Shown one piece after another: positions 47,534 to 56,694 of a DNA stretch of 64,000 bases. A program made the translations under genes and the position numbers. The DNA is from an uncultured delta proteobacterium (GTDB taxonomy: Bacteria > Desulfobacterota > Binatia > Binatales > Binataceae). The notes under the pieces are model-generated. The model made no database searches, was not told where the DNA came from, and saw nothing but the letters and a program-made list of their open reading frames with translations. The stretch's first letter is position 1. The number at the start of each line of letters is the position of its first letter. The stretch spans positions 608,001 to 672,000 of the forward strand of contig CAWJET010000002.1 in NCBI GenBank assembly GCA_963842085.1. Direction: 5' to 3'.

Positions 47534-49213
47534 TCAGTTACCGCTGTGCCGCGCCGGTAACGACGATTCGGCCTGCTTGAAGACTCGCGCGATTAGTTCC
47601 TGCGCCTCGGCCTGAATCCGATGCAGATGATCGACGCCGCGAAAACTCTCTGCGTATATCTTGTAGACCTCTTCGGTGCCGGACGGACGCGCCGCGAACC
47701 ATCCGTTCTCCACGACCACCTTGATTCCGCCGATCGCCGCTCCGTTGCCGGGCGCGACCGTCAATGTCTTGAGGATTTTCTCGCCCGCGAGTTCGCGCGC
47801 ATTCAATTTTTCCGGTGTGAGCTTCTTCAGAATTTCCTTTTGCGCGAGCGTTGCGGGTGCGTCGATACGCTCGTACGCCGGCGCGCCGAACTCGCGCGTC
47901 AAGTCCTTGTATATCGCGCCAGGGTCGCGTTCAGTGCGCGCAGTCATCTCGGCGGCCAGCAGGCCGAGGATGAGTCCGTCCTTGTCGGTCGTCCACACGG
48001 TTCCGTCGGTTCGCAGAAACGACGCGCCCGCACTTTCCTCGCCGCAGAATCCAACCGCGCCGTCGATCAGCCCGTCCACGAACCATTTGAAGCCGACCGG
48101 AGTCTCGATGAGCTTGCGCTCGAGACTGGCCGCGACGCGGTCGATCATGCTGCTGCTCACCACAGTCTTGCCGACCGCCGCGTCCTTGGGCCATCGCGCG
48201 CGATTGCGAAACAGGTACGAGATCGCAACAGCGAGATAGTGATTCGGATTCATCAGCCCGCTCGTGCGAGTGACTATTCCGTGACGGTCGGCATCGGTGT
48301 CATTGGCAAACGCGACGTCGAAACGATCGCGCATCGCGAGCAAACGCGTCATCGCGTACGGCGACGAGCAATCCATCCTGATCTTGCCGTCCCAGTCGGC
48401 GGTCATGAAGCGAAACGTCGGATCGACCACATCGCTGACCACCGTCGCCTTGATGCCGTACTTTTCGATCACTGCGGGCCAGTAGTGCACTGCCGCGCCG
48501 CCCAGCGGATCGATCCCAACCCGCACGCCTGCGCCGCGAATCGATTCCATGTCGATGACCTTGCCCAAGTCGCCGACGTAGGCGGCTATGTAATCGTGCT
48601 TGTGCAGGGTCGCGGCCTTGAGCGCCCGCTCGTACGGCACGCGCTGCACTCCGGCGAGTTTGTTTCTGAGAAAGTCGTTGGCCGTGTTCTGAATCCAATC
48701 GGTGACGGCGGTATCGGCCGGTCCGCCGTTGGGTGGATTGTACTTGAAGCCGCCGTCTGAAGGGGGATTGTGCGACGGCGTGATCACGATCCCGTCCCCC
48801 AGCGCGCTCTTGCGCCCGCGATTGTAAGTCAGGATCGCGTGCGAGATCGCCGGCGTCGGTGTGTAGCCACCCGCGCTGTCCACCATCGTCTCGACATCGT
48901 TGGCGGCCAGGACTTCGACCGCGCTGGCGAACGCAGGGACCGAGAGCGCGTGGGTGTCCATCCCGAGGTAGAGCGGACCGTTGATATTCTGACTTTTGCG
49001 GTAGAGGCAAATCGCCTGGCTGATCGCGAGGATGTGCGCTTCGTTGAACGCGATATCGAACGCGGAGCCGCGATGCCCCGAGGTGCCGAACGTGACTCGT
49101 TGCGCGGGATCGGCAACGTCGGGCGTAAGGGCGAAGTACGCCGTCATCAAGCGTGGCACGTCAAGGAGCTGGGATTGAGCGACAGGTTTTCCGGCCAGCG
49201 GGCTTACTTTCAT
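47534..49213 (-). CDS. pgm: Phosphoglucomutase
   Basis: [57 protein letters not shown]. Confidence 0.96.
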   Translation of the reverse strand: MKVSPLAGKPVAQSQLLDVPRLMTAYFALTPDVADPAQRVTFGTSGHRGSAFDIAFNEAHILAISQAICLYRKSQNINGPLYLGMDTHALSVPAFASAVEVLAANDVETMVDSAGGYTPTPAISHAILTYNRGRKSALGDGIVITPSHNPPSDGGFKYNPPNGGPADTAVTDWIQNTANDFLRNKLAGVQRVPYERALKAATLHKHDYIAAYVGDLGKVIDMESIRGAGVRVGIDPLGGAAVHYWPAVIEKYGIKATVVSDVVDPTFRFMTADWDGKIRMDCSSPYAMTRLLAMRDRFDVAFANDTDADRHGIVTRTSGLMNPNHYLAVAISYLFRNRARWPKDAAVGKTVVSSSMIDRVAASLERKLIETPVGFKWFVDGLIDGAVGFCGEESAGASFLRTDGTVWTTDKDGLILGLLAAEMTARTERDPGAIYKDLTREFGAPAYERIDAPATLAQKEILKKLTPEKLNARELAGEKILKTLTVAPGNGAAIGGIKVVVENGWFAARPSGTEEVYKIYAESFRGVDHLHRIQAEAQELIARVFKQAESSLPARHSGN

Positions 49214-49352
49214 CGAACTGGTCTGGTCTCTATTTTCGGTGACCTATGGCGGTCCTTTCAAAAATTCTCGCACTACCCGCGGTTTGTTGATAGACGCAGG
49301 AAGGGAAAATTCAAGGTTGTCCGCAGCGACCATCCCGAGGGAGACTGTCGTC

Positions 49353-49865
49353 ATGGAAGATGCCAAACTTCAATTGCTGCTCGACCGCGCTGAGATTAGC
49401 GACGTGCAACTGCGCTATGCGACCGGGCTGGATTCGCGCAACTGGCCGCTATTCCGCTCGTGCTTCACCGATGAAATCGAGACCGACTTCACGTCAGTGT
49501 TTGGCGGCGAGCCGCGCAAGGTCAGAGCCGACCGATGGACCGAGGCGGCGCGGCGCTCGCTGAGCGGCCTCGCCGCGACGCAGCACATGATCACGAATCA
49601 CGTGATCACCGTCACCGGCGACGACGCTACCTGCGTCGCATACGTGCAGGCGAGGCACTACCTGCCGAATGACATGGGCGACCACACGCAAAACATGTTC
49701 GGCTACTACACGAATCGATTCGTACGCACGGCCACGGGATGGAAAATTCGCGCGTGCAAGCTGACGCTCACCTGGCAGACCGGCAACTGGGGTATCTTCG
49801 CGCTGGCCAGCGCGCGACTCAAAGCAGCCGAAGCGGATAAGAAGAGTCCAACCAGTAAAAGCTAG
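49353..49865 (+). CDS. SnoaL-like / NTF2-family protein
   Basis: DRAEISD…RYATGLDSRNW, TQHMITNH, GYYTNRFVRT..GWKI. Confidence 0.85.
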   Translation: MEDAKLQLLLDRAEISDVQLRYATGLDSRNWPLFRSCFTDEIETDFTSVFGGEPRKVRADRWTEAARRSLSGLAATQHMITNHVITVTGDDATCVAYVQARHYLPNDMGDHTQNMFGYYTNRFVRTATGWKIRACKLTLTWQTGNWGIFALASARLKAAEADKKSPTSKS

Positions 49866-49886
49866 ATCGTTCCCAGGCTCTCGAAA

Positions 49887-49962
49887 TGGAGCGGGTGATC
49901 GGTTTCGAACCGACGACCTCGTGCTTGGCAAGCACGCGCTCTACCAACTGAGCTACACCCGC
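49887..49962 (-). tRNA. tRNA-Gly(GCC)
   Basis: GCGGGTGTAGCTCAGTTGGTAGAGC…CTTGCCAAG…GGTTCGAAACC…CCCGCTCCA. Confidence 0.96.
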
Positions 49963-50014
49963 TCTCCAAAGCCGCACGACGAATCCACTTGATTATCCGG
50001 CGCGAGCGCCGCTG

Positions 50015-50602
50015 TCAAATCACCGCGCGCTTGCTGCTCGACGCAATTGGTTTTGGCCGCAGCGCCTTGACCACGCGCACGTAGTAGTCGACGCCCGACC
50101 ACACGCTCACCGCCATCGCGAGCCACAGGATGAACATCCCGGCAGCAAAAAAATCGACGTGTAGATGCGTGTAATGAATCAGCAGGCCGTGAATCGCGAT
50201 CGCCTGCAGCGCCATCTTGTACTTGCCGAGCTCCTCGGCACCGACGATTAACCCCTCGGCCGCCGCTACCGCGCGCAGTCCCGTCACCATTATTTCGCGC
50301 GTCACCAACACCACCACCATCCAGGCCGGCACATGCGGCACGCGCGCCATTCCGGCCAGCATGATCAGCGCGGCCGTGACGACCAGCTTGTCGGCCATCG
50401 GATCGAGAAACTTGCCGAGCGTGGTGACCGAGTCGTAGCTGCGCGCCAGGTAGCCGTCGAAAAAATCGCTGACCGTCGCGACGAAGAACACTCCCGCGGC
50501 CAGCCACGACGCAGCCGGTCCGGTATGCATCAGGATCCAGACCAGGACCGGTGCGGTCGCTATCCGAAACAGCGTGACAATGTTCGGCGGCGTCATCGGC
50601 AC
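50015..50602 (-). CDS. pgsA: CDP-diacylglycerol--glycerol-3-phosphate 3-phosphatidyltransferase
   Basis: PNIVTLFRI, DFFDGYLAR…GKFLDPMADK, REIMVTGLR; start at 50596 or 50602. Confidence 0.95.
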   Translation of the reverse strand: MPMTPPNIVTLFRIATAPVLVWILMHTGPAASWLAAGVFFVATVSDFFDGYLARSYDSVTTLGKFLDPMADKLVVTAALIMLAGMARVPHVPAWMVVVLVTREIMVTGLRAVAAAEGLIVGAEELGKYKMALQAIAIHGLLIHYTHLHVDFFAAGMFILWLAMAVSVWSGVDYYVRVVKALRPKPIASSSKRAVI

Positions 50603-50711
50603 GGGCTTGCCTCTCAGCCTCTAGACGAATCTTGTACTTTTACGTTTCGATCCGCGCCATCAAGAATATTTGAATCGGCCAGAGGGGGCAAATCGCAGAC
50701 TCTCGATCGCC

Positions 50712-50755
50712 TTGACTGGCCGAGCGCAGACCGAGTAGCGTCATTTTGACACAAC
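50712..50755 (+). promoter_or_regulatory. nadB promoter with candidate NrtR operator
   Basis: TTGACT at 50712; gtagcGTCattttGACacaac (50735-50755) has the same GTC-N5-GAC architecture as the nadA site. Confidence 0.6.
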
Positions 50756-50797
50756 GAACGCGCCGCGATTCAAGCGCGGCGCGACCGAGGCCACCTG

Positions 50798-52429
50798 ATG
50801 AGGCATAACGCGCAACTGTTCAGCGACTTCCTGGTAATCGGCGGCGGCATCGCGGGCCTGACCTTCGCCCTCAAGGCATCCGAGAGCGGCACCGTCACCG
50901 TTCTCACCAAGGCCGGCAGCTCGGAAGCCAACACCGCGTACGCGCAGGGCGGCATCGCCAGCGTGTGGAGCGTCGACGACTCGTTCGAGTCGCATATCGA
51001 AGACACGCTCCGCGCCGGCGCCGGGCTGTGCGACCGCACCGCGGTCGAGACGATAGTTCGCGAGGGTCCCGAAGCGGTGCGCGAGCTGATCCGGCTCGGC
51101 ACGCGCTTCACCCGCGTCGAGACCGGCGCTACCGACGACAACGAAGTCGAGTACGATCTCGGCCGCGAAGGCGGGCATAGCCATCGCCGCGTGCTTCACG
51201 CGCAGGACCTGACGGGCCGCGAAATAATGCGCGCGCTGACCGAGGCCGCGGCCGCGCGGTCGAATATCCGCACGCTGGAAAATCACGTCGCGATCAATCT
51301 GCTGGTCGAGACTCCGAGCGCGGGCAAGCCCGGCGCGTGCTGGGGCGTCTATGCACTCGATCGCAACACTCACCAAATCCGCAAAGTGATCGCGCGCGCT
51401 ACGATGCTTGCGACGGGCGGCGCCGGCAAGGTCTATCTCTACACGACCAATCCCGATATCGCGTCGGGCGACGGCGTTGCGATGGCGTATCGGGCGGGTG
51501 CGGCGGTCGCCAACCTCGAGTTCTACCAATTCCATCCCACCTGCCTGTATCATCCCGCCGCCAAGTCGTTTCTGATTTCCGAGGCGCTGCGCGGTGAAGG
51601 CGCGATTCTGAAATTGCCCGATGGCACGCCGTTCATGAAGCGCTACCATCCGGACGGCGAGCTGGCGCCGCGCGACGTGGTTGCGCGCGCGATCGATTCC
51701 GAGATGAAACGTCACGGGCTGGACTTCGTGTACCTCGATTTGAGCCATCGCGACGCCGATTTCATCCGGCAGCGGTTCCCGAATATCTTCAAGCGATGCT
51801 TGAGCTTTGGCTATGACCTCACCAAGGGACCGATTCCGGTGGTGCCCGCGGCGCACTACATGTGCGGCGGCGTGCGGACCGATCTCGACGGACGCACCTC
51901 GATTCCGCGGCTGTACGCGGCCGGCGAAGTTGCGATGACCGGGCTGCACGGCGCCAACCGGCTCGCCTCGAACTCGCTGCTCGAGGCGGCCGTGATGGGC
52001 CGACGCGGGTTGGCGTCGGCGCGCGAAATCGTCGCGTCGGGCGGCGGCGCGCCGCCGGAGTTTCCCGAATGGGATCCCGGGCGCGCGATTCGCAGCGAGG
52101 AGCGCGTGATGATCACGCAGAGCTGGGACGAGATTCGCCGCCTGATGTGGAACTACGTCGGCATCGTGCGCAGCGACCGGCGCCTCGAGCGTGCGCTTCG
52201 CCGCATCCTGATGGTCAAGGACGAGATCCACAGCTACTACTGGGACCATCTGCTCGACGCCGACATGATCGAGTTGCGCAACCTGGCTAAGGTCGCCGAG
52301 CTGGTCGTTCGCTCCGCGATGAGCCGGCGCGAGTCGCGCGGCCTGCACTACAATATCGATCATCCCGAAACCGGCGGCCCCGAATGGGTGCATCCGACGG
52401 TGCTGCAGAAGCCAGTCGGTCAGATCTGA
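50798..52429 (+). CDS. nadB: L-aspartate oxidase
   Basis: IGGGIAGL, YAQGGIA, REGGHSHRRVLH, QFHPT, SEALRGEG, PAAHYMCGG, GLHGANRLASNSLLE. Confidence 0.96.
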   Translation: MRHNAQLFSDFLVIGGGIAGLTFALKASESGTVTVLTKAGSSEANTAYAQGGIASVWSVDDSFESHIEDTLRAGAGLCDRTAVETIVREGPEAVRELIRLGTRFTRVETGATDDNEVEYDLGREGGHSHRRVLHAQDLTGREIMRALTEAAAARSNIRTLENHVAINLLVETPSAGKPGACWGVYALDRNTHQIRKVIARATMLATGGAGKVYLYTTNPDIASGDGVAMAYRAGAAVANLEFYQFHPTCLYHPAAKSFLISEALRGEGAILKLPDGTPFMKRYHPDGELAPRDVVARAIDSEMKRHGLDFVYLDLSHRDADFIRQRFPNIFKRCLSFGYDLTKGPIPVVPAAHYMCGGVRTDLDGRTSIPRLYAAGEVAMTGLHGANRLASNSLLEAAVMGRRGLASAREIVASGGGAPPEFPEWDPGRAIRSEERVMITQSWDEIRRLMWNYVGIVRSDRRLERALRRILMVKDEIHSYYWDHLLDADMIELRNLAKVAELVVRSAMSRRESRGLHYNIDHPETGGPEWVHPTVLQKPVGQI

Positions 52430-52434
52430 AAATT

Positions 52435-53028
52435 ATGCAACCGAAGGAAGTGAAGATGTACTCGGACTACAAGAGTCCGTTCGCTTACCTCGCTTTCGAT
52501 CCCGCCTTCGCGCTCCAACGGCGATTTCGAATTCGGCTGCGATGGATTCCGTTCCAGCTTCGCATCAAGGGCAAAGGCGAGCGCAGTCTCTACTCCGAAT
52601 ACAAAGCGCGCTACTCGTATCTCGACGCGCGCCGATGGGCCAAGCCGCGCGGCCTCGTGATTCGCGGGCCGCTGAAAGTTTACGACACGACGCCCGCGCT
52701 GATCGGCGGCCTGTTCGCGGAACAGCACCGCCGCCTGCTCGACTACAGCCGTCGCGTGTACGAACTATTCTTCAAACGCGAACTGGAGGCCGACCAACCC
52801 GACGCCGTCGCAAGCGTAATCGCAAGCCTCGGCATGTCTGCCGGCGACTATCGCAAATTTCTGTCAGGCGATGGCGCCCTAGCCTATCAGCGCGCCCAGG
52901 ACGAAGCCGCCGCCGATCACGTCTTCGGAGTGCCGCTCCTCATCTTCGAAGGCGAACCCTTCTGGGGCCACGACCGCATTCCCGTACTGGAGGAGCGCCT
53001 CACCGAGGCAGGACTGGCTATCGATTAA
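52435..53028 (+). CDS. DsbA-family / 2-hydroxychromene-2-carboxylate isomerase-like protein
   Basis: DYKSPFAY, DARRWA, VFGVP…GEPFWGHDR. Confidence 0.88.
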   Translation: MQPKEVKMYSDYKSPFAYLAFDPAFALQRRFRIRLRWIPFQLRIKGKGERSLYSEYKARYSYLDARRWAKPRGLVIRGPLKVYDTTPALIGGLFAEQHRRLLDYSRRVYELFFKRELEADQPDAVASVIASLGMSAGDYRKFLSGDGALAYQRAQDEAAADHVFGVPLLIFEGEPFWGHDRIPVLEERLTEAGLAID

Positions 53029-53029
53029 A

Positions 53030-53166
53030 CTACGCCACCGGCGCGGGCTGGCGCGCCGGATTCGGCTCGTACGAGAATGCGAGCTTGTCGCCATCGAGGT
53101 CTGCGGTCGCCTTGCCGCCCTTCGTCAGCTTGCCAAAGAGCACCTGGTCGGCGAGCTCGCGCGCGA
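53030..53166 (-). repeat. Duplicated clpA 3' end (direct repeat of 53790-53926)
   Basis: 137 bp with 8 mismatches by manual alignment; encodes [12 protein letters not shown]…PARQPAPVA*. Confidence 0.95.
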
Positions 53167-53261
53167 ACGTAACGGCCTGGGCCATCTGCGCCCCGGGGAC
53201 CGCGACCGGGCCGTAATTGCGTGGCGATCGCTTAGGCGACTGGTGCGGGCCAGGGCACAGT

Positions 53262-53492
53262 TCACTCGCGAAGGAGGTGTTCGAATTCTTCGGGCGCAAG
53301 ATCAATTTCGCGCAAGATTTCGCGAACTAAAGGACGCGCAAGGTCGCGCCCACCGTAGTGGGGAACGGTGGTGGTTCGGCCGTCCGGATGCCGGTAAAAC
53401 ACGTGACTGCCCTTTTGCCGCACGGCGGCAAAGCCCAATCTTCGCAAAACCAGCTCCATCGTCCGGGCGCCGACGATGGGAAGTTTGCTCAC
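53262..53492 (-). CDS. hicA: Type II TA toxin, HicA family
   Basis: LRRLGF…RQKGSHVFYRHPDGRTTTVP; catalytic GSH His present. Confidence 0.93.
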   Translation of the reverse strand: MSKLPIVGARTMELVLRRLGFAAVRQKGSHVFYRHPDGRTTTVPHYGGRDLARPLVREILREIDLAPEEFEHLLRE

Positions 53493-53716
53493 GCACCGAC
53501 CACGATCTGCTGGATCCCGACGAAGGGCTCGACCTCAAGCGGTTCTCCGCGCGCGGCCTTCTCTTCGATAATCAGTTCGATGACCTCGCGGAGATTCTTC
53601 CGCAACTCATCCAACGTGGCCCCCTGGCTGTGAGCGCCGCTCAGCCCCGGAATCGTACCCACGTACAATTTCGCAACAGGGTCAAATTCGACGTAAGCTG
53701 TGAATGTGCGTTCCAC
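53489..53716 (-). CDS. hicB: Type II TA antitoxin, short HicB family
   Basis: YVGTIPGLSGAHSQGATLDELRKNLREVIEL; GTG start at 53716 after a GAGGAGG RBS; 4-nt overlap with hicA. Confidence 0.92.
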   Translation of the reverse strand: MERTFTAYVEFDPVAKLYVGTIPGLSGAHSQGATLDELRKNLREVIELIIEEKAARGEPLEVEPFVGIQQIVVGA

Positions 53717-53789
53717 GAGGTTGGTCCTCCTCATCCGTCTGACGCTCAGCTTACACTCTTCGACTGAGGGCCGCACGCACGGTTGACGA

Positions 53790-56132
53790 TCACCCAACCG
53801 GGGCGGGCTGGCGTGCCGGATTCGGCTCGTACGAGAACGCGAGCTTGTCGCCGTCGAGGTCTGCGGTCGCCTTGCCGCCCTTCGTCAGCTTGCCAAAGAG
53901 CACCTGGTCGGCGAGCTCGCGCGCGATCTCGTTTTCGATCAAGCGCCCGAGTGGACGCGCGCCGAAGCGGGGATCGTGACCGTGTTCCGCCAGCCATTTC
54001 TTCGCCGTCGGTGTCACCGTCAGCGTGACCTTCTGCTTGTCGAGTCGTTCCTGTAGTTCCGCGATAAACTTGTCCACCACGCGTTCCATCGTCGCCGGAC
54101 TGAGCGGCGCAAACTCGATCGTCGCCGACAAGCGGTTGCGAAACTCTGGCGCGAACATCCGCTCGAGCACGCCTTTGGGATTTCCCTGGCCGACTCCCCC
54201 GTGGAAGCCGATCATCGCGCGCGACAGTTCCTGCGCGCCGGCGTTGGTGGTCATCACGAGGATCACATTGCGAAAATCCGCCTTGCGCCCGTTGTTGTCG
54301 GTGAGGGTCGCGTGATCCATCACCTGCAACAGGATGTTGAACAAATCGGGATGCGCCTTTTCGATTTCGTCCAGCAGCAGCACGCAATGCGGCGTCTTGT
54401 TGATCGCGTCGGTTAGCAGTCCTCCCTGATCGAAGCCGACGTACCCCGGCGGCGCGCCAATCAGCCGCGAAACCGTGTGCCGCTCCATGTACTCGCTCAT
54501 GTCGAAGCGGAGGAACTCGACGCCCATCACTTTCGCGAGCTGACGCGCGACTTCCGTCTTGCCGACGCCCGTCGGACCGGCGAATAGAAACGCGCCGACC
54601 GGCTTGTCGGGATGGCTCAAGCCCGAGCGCGCGAGCTTGATCGCGCGCGCGACCGAGTTGATCGCCTCGTCCTGGCCGAACACCGCCTGCTTCATGTCCT
54701 CGTCGAGCGTCTGCAGACGCCCGCGATCGGTCGCCGACACGGTCCGCTCCGGAATCTTCGCCATCCGCGCGACCGTGCGCTCGACGTCGCGCGTGCCGAC
54801 CGTCACCGGCTCTGTCGTGCCCGCGCCGCGCAAATGCCCCGCGACTCCAGCCTCGTCCATCACGTCAATCGCCTTGTCGGGGAGAAACCGGTCGTTGACG
54901 TATCGCGCGGACAGCTCGACCGCCGACTTGATCGCCGAACTCGTGTAGCGGACGTTGTGATGCTTCTCGTAGTACGACTTGATGCCGTTGAGAATCTGCA
55001 CCGCCTCGTCCTGCGTCGGCTCGACCACGTCGATTCGCTGGAAGCGCCGCGCCAGCGCCTTGTCCTTGTCGAAGGAGCGCTTGTATTCCTGGTAGGTCGT
55101 CGAGCCGATACATCGCAGGTCGCCCGATGCGAGCGCGGGCTTCAGCAGGTTCGACGCATCCATCGTCCCGCCCGACGCGGCGCCCGCTCCGACGATAGTG
55201 TGTATCTCGTCGATGAACAGAATCCGCTTCGAGTCGCCGACTACCGCCTTGATGACCGCCTTCAGCCGCTGCTCGAAGTCGCCGCGAAAGCGCGTGCCCG
55301 CCAGCAGCGCGCCCATATCGAGGGCGTAAATCTCGACGCCCTTCAGCGCGTCGGGCACGTCGCCCTTATGGATTGCCAGCGCGAGTCCCTCGGCCAGCGC
55401 CGTCTTGCCGACTCCGGCCTCGCCGACGAACACGGGATTGTTCTTGCGCCGGCGCAGTAGCACGTGCACCGCGCGCTCGAGTTCTTTCTTGCGGCCGACG
55501 AGCGGATCGATTTTCCCGTCCGCCGCGCGCTTGGCCAGGTTGATCGCGTAAGTATTGAGCGCTTTCGACGGCGACATCTTGCGCTCGCCTTCTTCATCGC
55601 CGCCTTCATGCTCATGTGCGTCGCGCTCGATCGAGTCCTTGTCGGACTCCTCGCCATCCTCGTCGTCTTCGGCACCCGCCTTCGAAACTCCGTGCGAAAT
55701 AAAGTTGATCACGTCGAAGCGCGTGACGCCCTGCTCCTGCAGAAAGAAAATCGCCGGCGATTCGGTTTCGTGGAACATCGCGACCAGCACGTTGCCGCCG
55801 GTGATTTCCTGGCGCCCCGCCGATTGCACGTGCAACGCCGCGCGCTGCAACGCGCGCTGAACTCCGATCGCATAGCGCGGCGACACTTCCTCGCCCTTGG
55901 GCATACGCTCGACCTGCTCGTCGAGGTAGTGCGCCAGCTTGCGGCGCAACGCATCCAGATCGGCGCCGCAATTTTTCAGTATCGTGGTTGTTGTCACGTC
56001 ATGCAGCATCGCGAACAGCAAATGCTCCAGACATACGAACTCATGACGCCGGTTGACGGCTTCGGTCATCGCGAGTTGCAGGGTTACCTGCAGTTCGCGG
56101 CTGATCATGATGTTGTTATTCGATGACGCCAT
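53790..56132 (-). CDS. clpA: ATP-dependent Clp protease ATP-binding subunit ClpA
   Basis: Clp N domain, [43 protein letters not shown]; MIGF ClpP-binding loop; no ClpB middle domain. Confidence 0.96.
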   Translation of the reverse strand: MASSNNNIMISRELQVTLQLAMTEAVNRRHEFVCLEHLLFAMLHDVTTTTILKNCGADLDALRRKLAHYLDEQVERMPKGEEVSPRYAIGVQRALQRAALHVQSAGRQEITGGNVLVAMFHETESPAIFFLQEQGVTRFDVINFISHGVSKAGAEDDEDGEESDKDSIERDAHEHEGGDEEGERKMSPSKALNTYAINLAKRAADGKIDPLVGRKKELERAVHVLLRRRKNNPVFVGEAGVGKTALAEGLALAIHKGDVPDALKGVEIYALDMGALLAGTRFRGDFEQRLKAVIKAVVGDSKRILFIDEIHTIVGAGAASGGTMDASNLLKPALASGDLRCIGSTTYQEYKRSFDKDKALARRFQRIDVVEPTQDEAVQILNGIKSYYEKHHNVRYTSSAIKSAVELSARYVNDRFLPDKAIDVMDEAGVAGHLRGAGTTEPVTVGTRDVERTVARMAKIPERTVSATDRGRLQTLDEDMKQAVFGQDEAINSVARAIKLARSGLSHPDKPVGAFLFAGPTGVGKTEVARQLAKVMGVEFLRFDMSEYMERHTVSRLIGAPPGYVGFDQGGLLTDAINKTPHCVLLLDEIEKAHPDLFNILLQVMDHATLTDNNGRKADFRNVILVMTTNAGAQELSRAMIGFHGGVGQGNPKGVLERMFAPEFRNRLSATIEFAPLSPATMERVVDKFIAELQERLDKQKVTLTVTPTAKKWLAEHGHDPRFGARPLGRLIENEIARELADQVLFGKLTKGGKATADLDGDKLAFSYEPNPARQPAPVG

Positions 56133-56148
56133 CGATGCTACTGCCTGC

Positions 56149-56523
56149 TTACTCCTTTTCCATTACGCATTTGAGCGGATACTCGGCCTGCCGCGCGAGT
56201 TCCTCGACGGTATGCGTCTTGGTCTCCGCGACTTCGAACGGATACACGCCCGCGACGCCCATCCCGTTCTGATGCACGTGCAGCATGATTCGCGTCGCGT
56301 CGGCATGCGGCTTGTGAAACACCGCTTTCAAAACCTCGACCACGAACTCCATCGGCGTGTAATCGTCGTTGAGCAAAATAACCTTGTAGAGAGGCGGTTT
56401 GGCGGTCTTCGATTTGGTGCGGGTCTTACGCTCGGTAACGATATCGCCATCGCCGGAACGGCCGTCGCCATTGCCGTCGCCGTCGGTGATTCGCGCCGAA
56501 ATTTTGCGCACGAAATCCGCCAT
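56149..56523 (-). CDS. clpS: Clp protease adaptor ClpS
   Basis: [28 protein letters not shown]. Confidence 0.96.
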   Translation of the reverse strand: MADFVRKISARITDGDGNGDGRSGDGDIVTERKTRTKSKTAKPPLYKVILLNDDYTPMEFVVEVLKAVFHKPHADATRIMLHVHQNGMGVAGVYPFEVAETKTHTVEELARQAEYPLKCVMEKE

Positions 56524-56694
56524 TGAACCTCTGTCGCTCGGAGCGCATCGCTCCGTCTGATAAATATAATAACAAATTCGAGCATGCCTAGTGAGGCATG
56601 CGGAAAATCGGTTCGGTTGCGATAACTCTGATATTTTGACTTTTCACTGCTGTAATTTGCGCGAGCGAAGGGAGTGAAAAATTGAAGCTTTGCC

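Noticed and set aside
53030-53305. 91-aa ORF ending in ClpA-like sequence
   Set aside because: Only the last 44 or so codons are the duplicated clpA tail; the start overlaps hicA with no RBS. Treated as a repeat, not a gene
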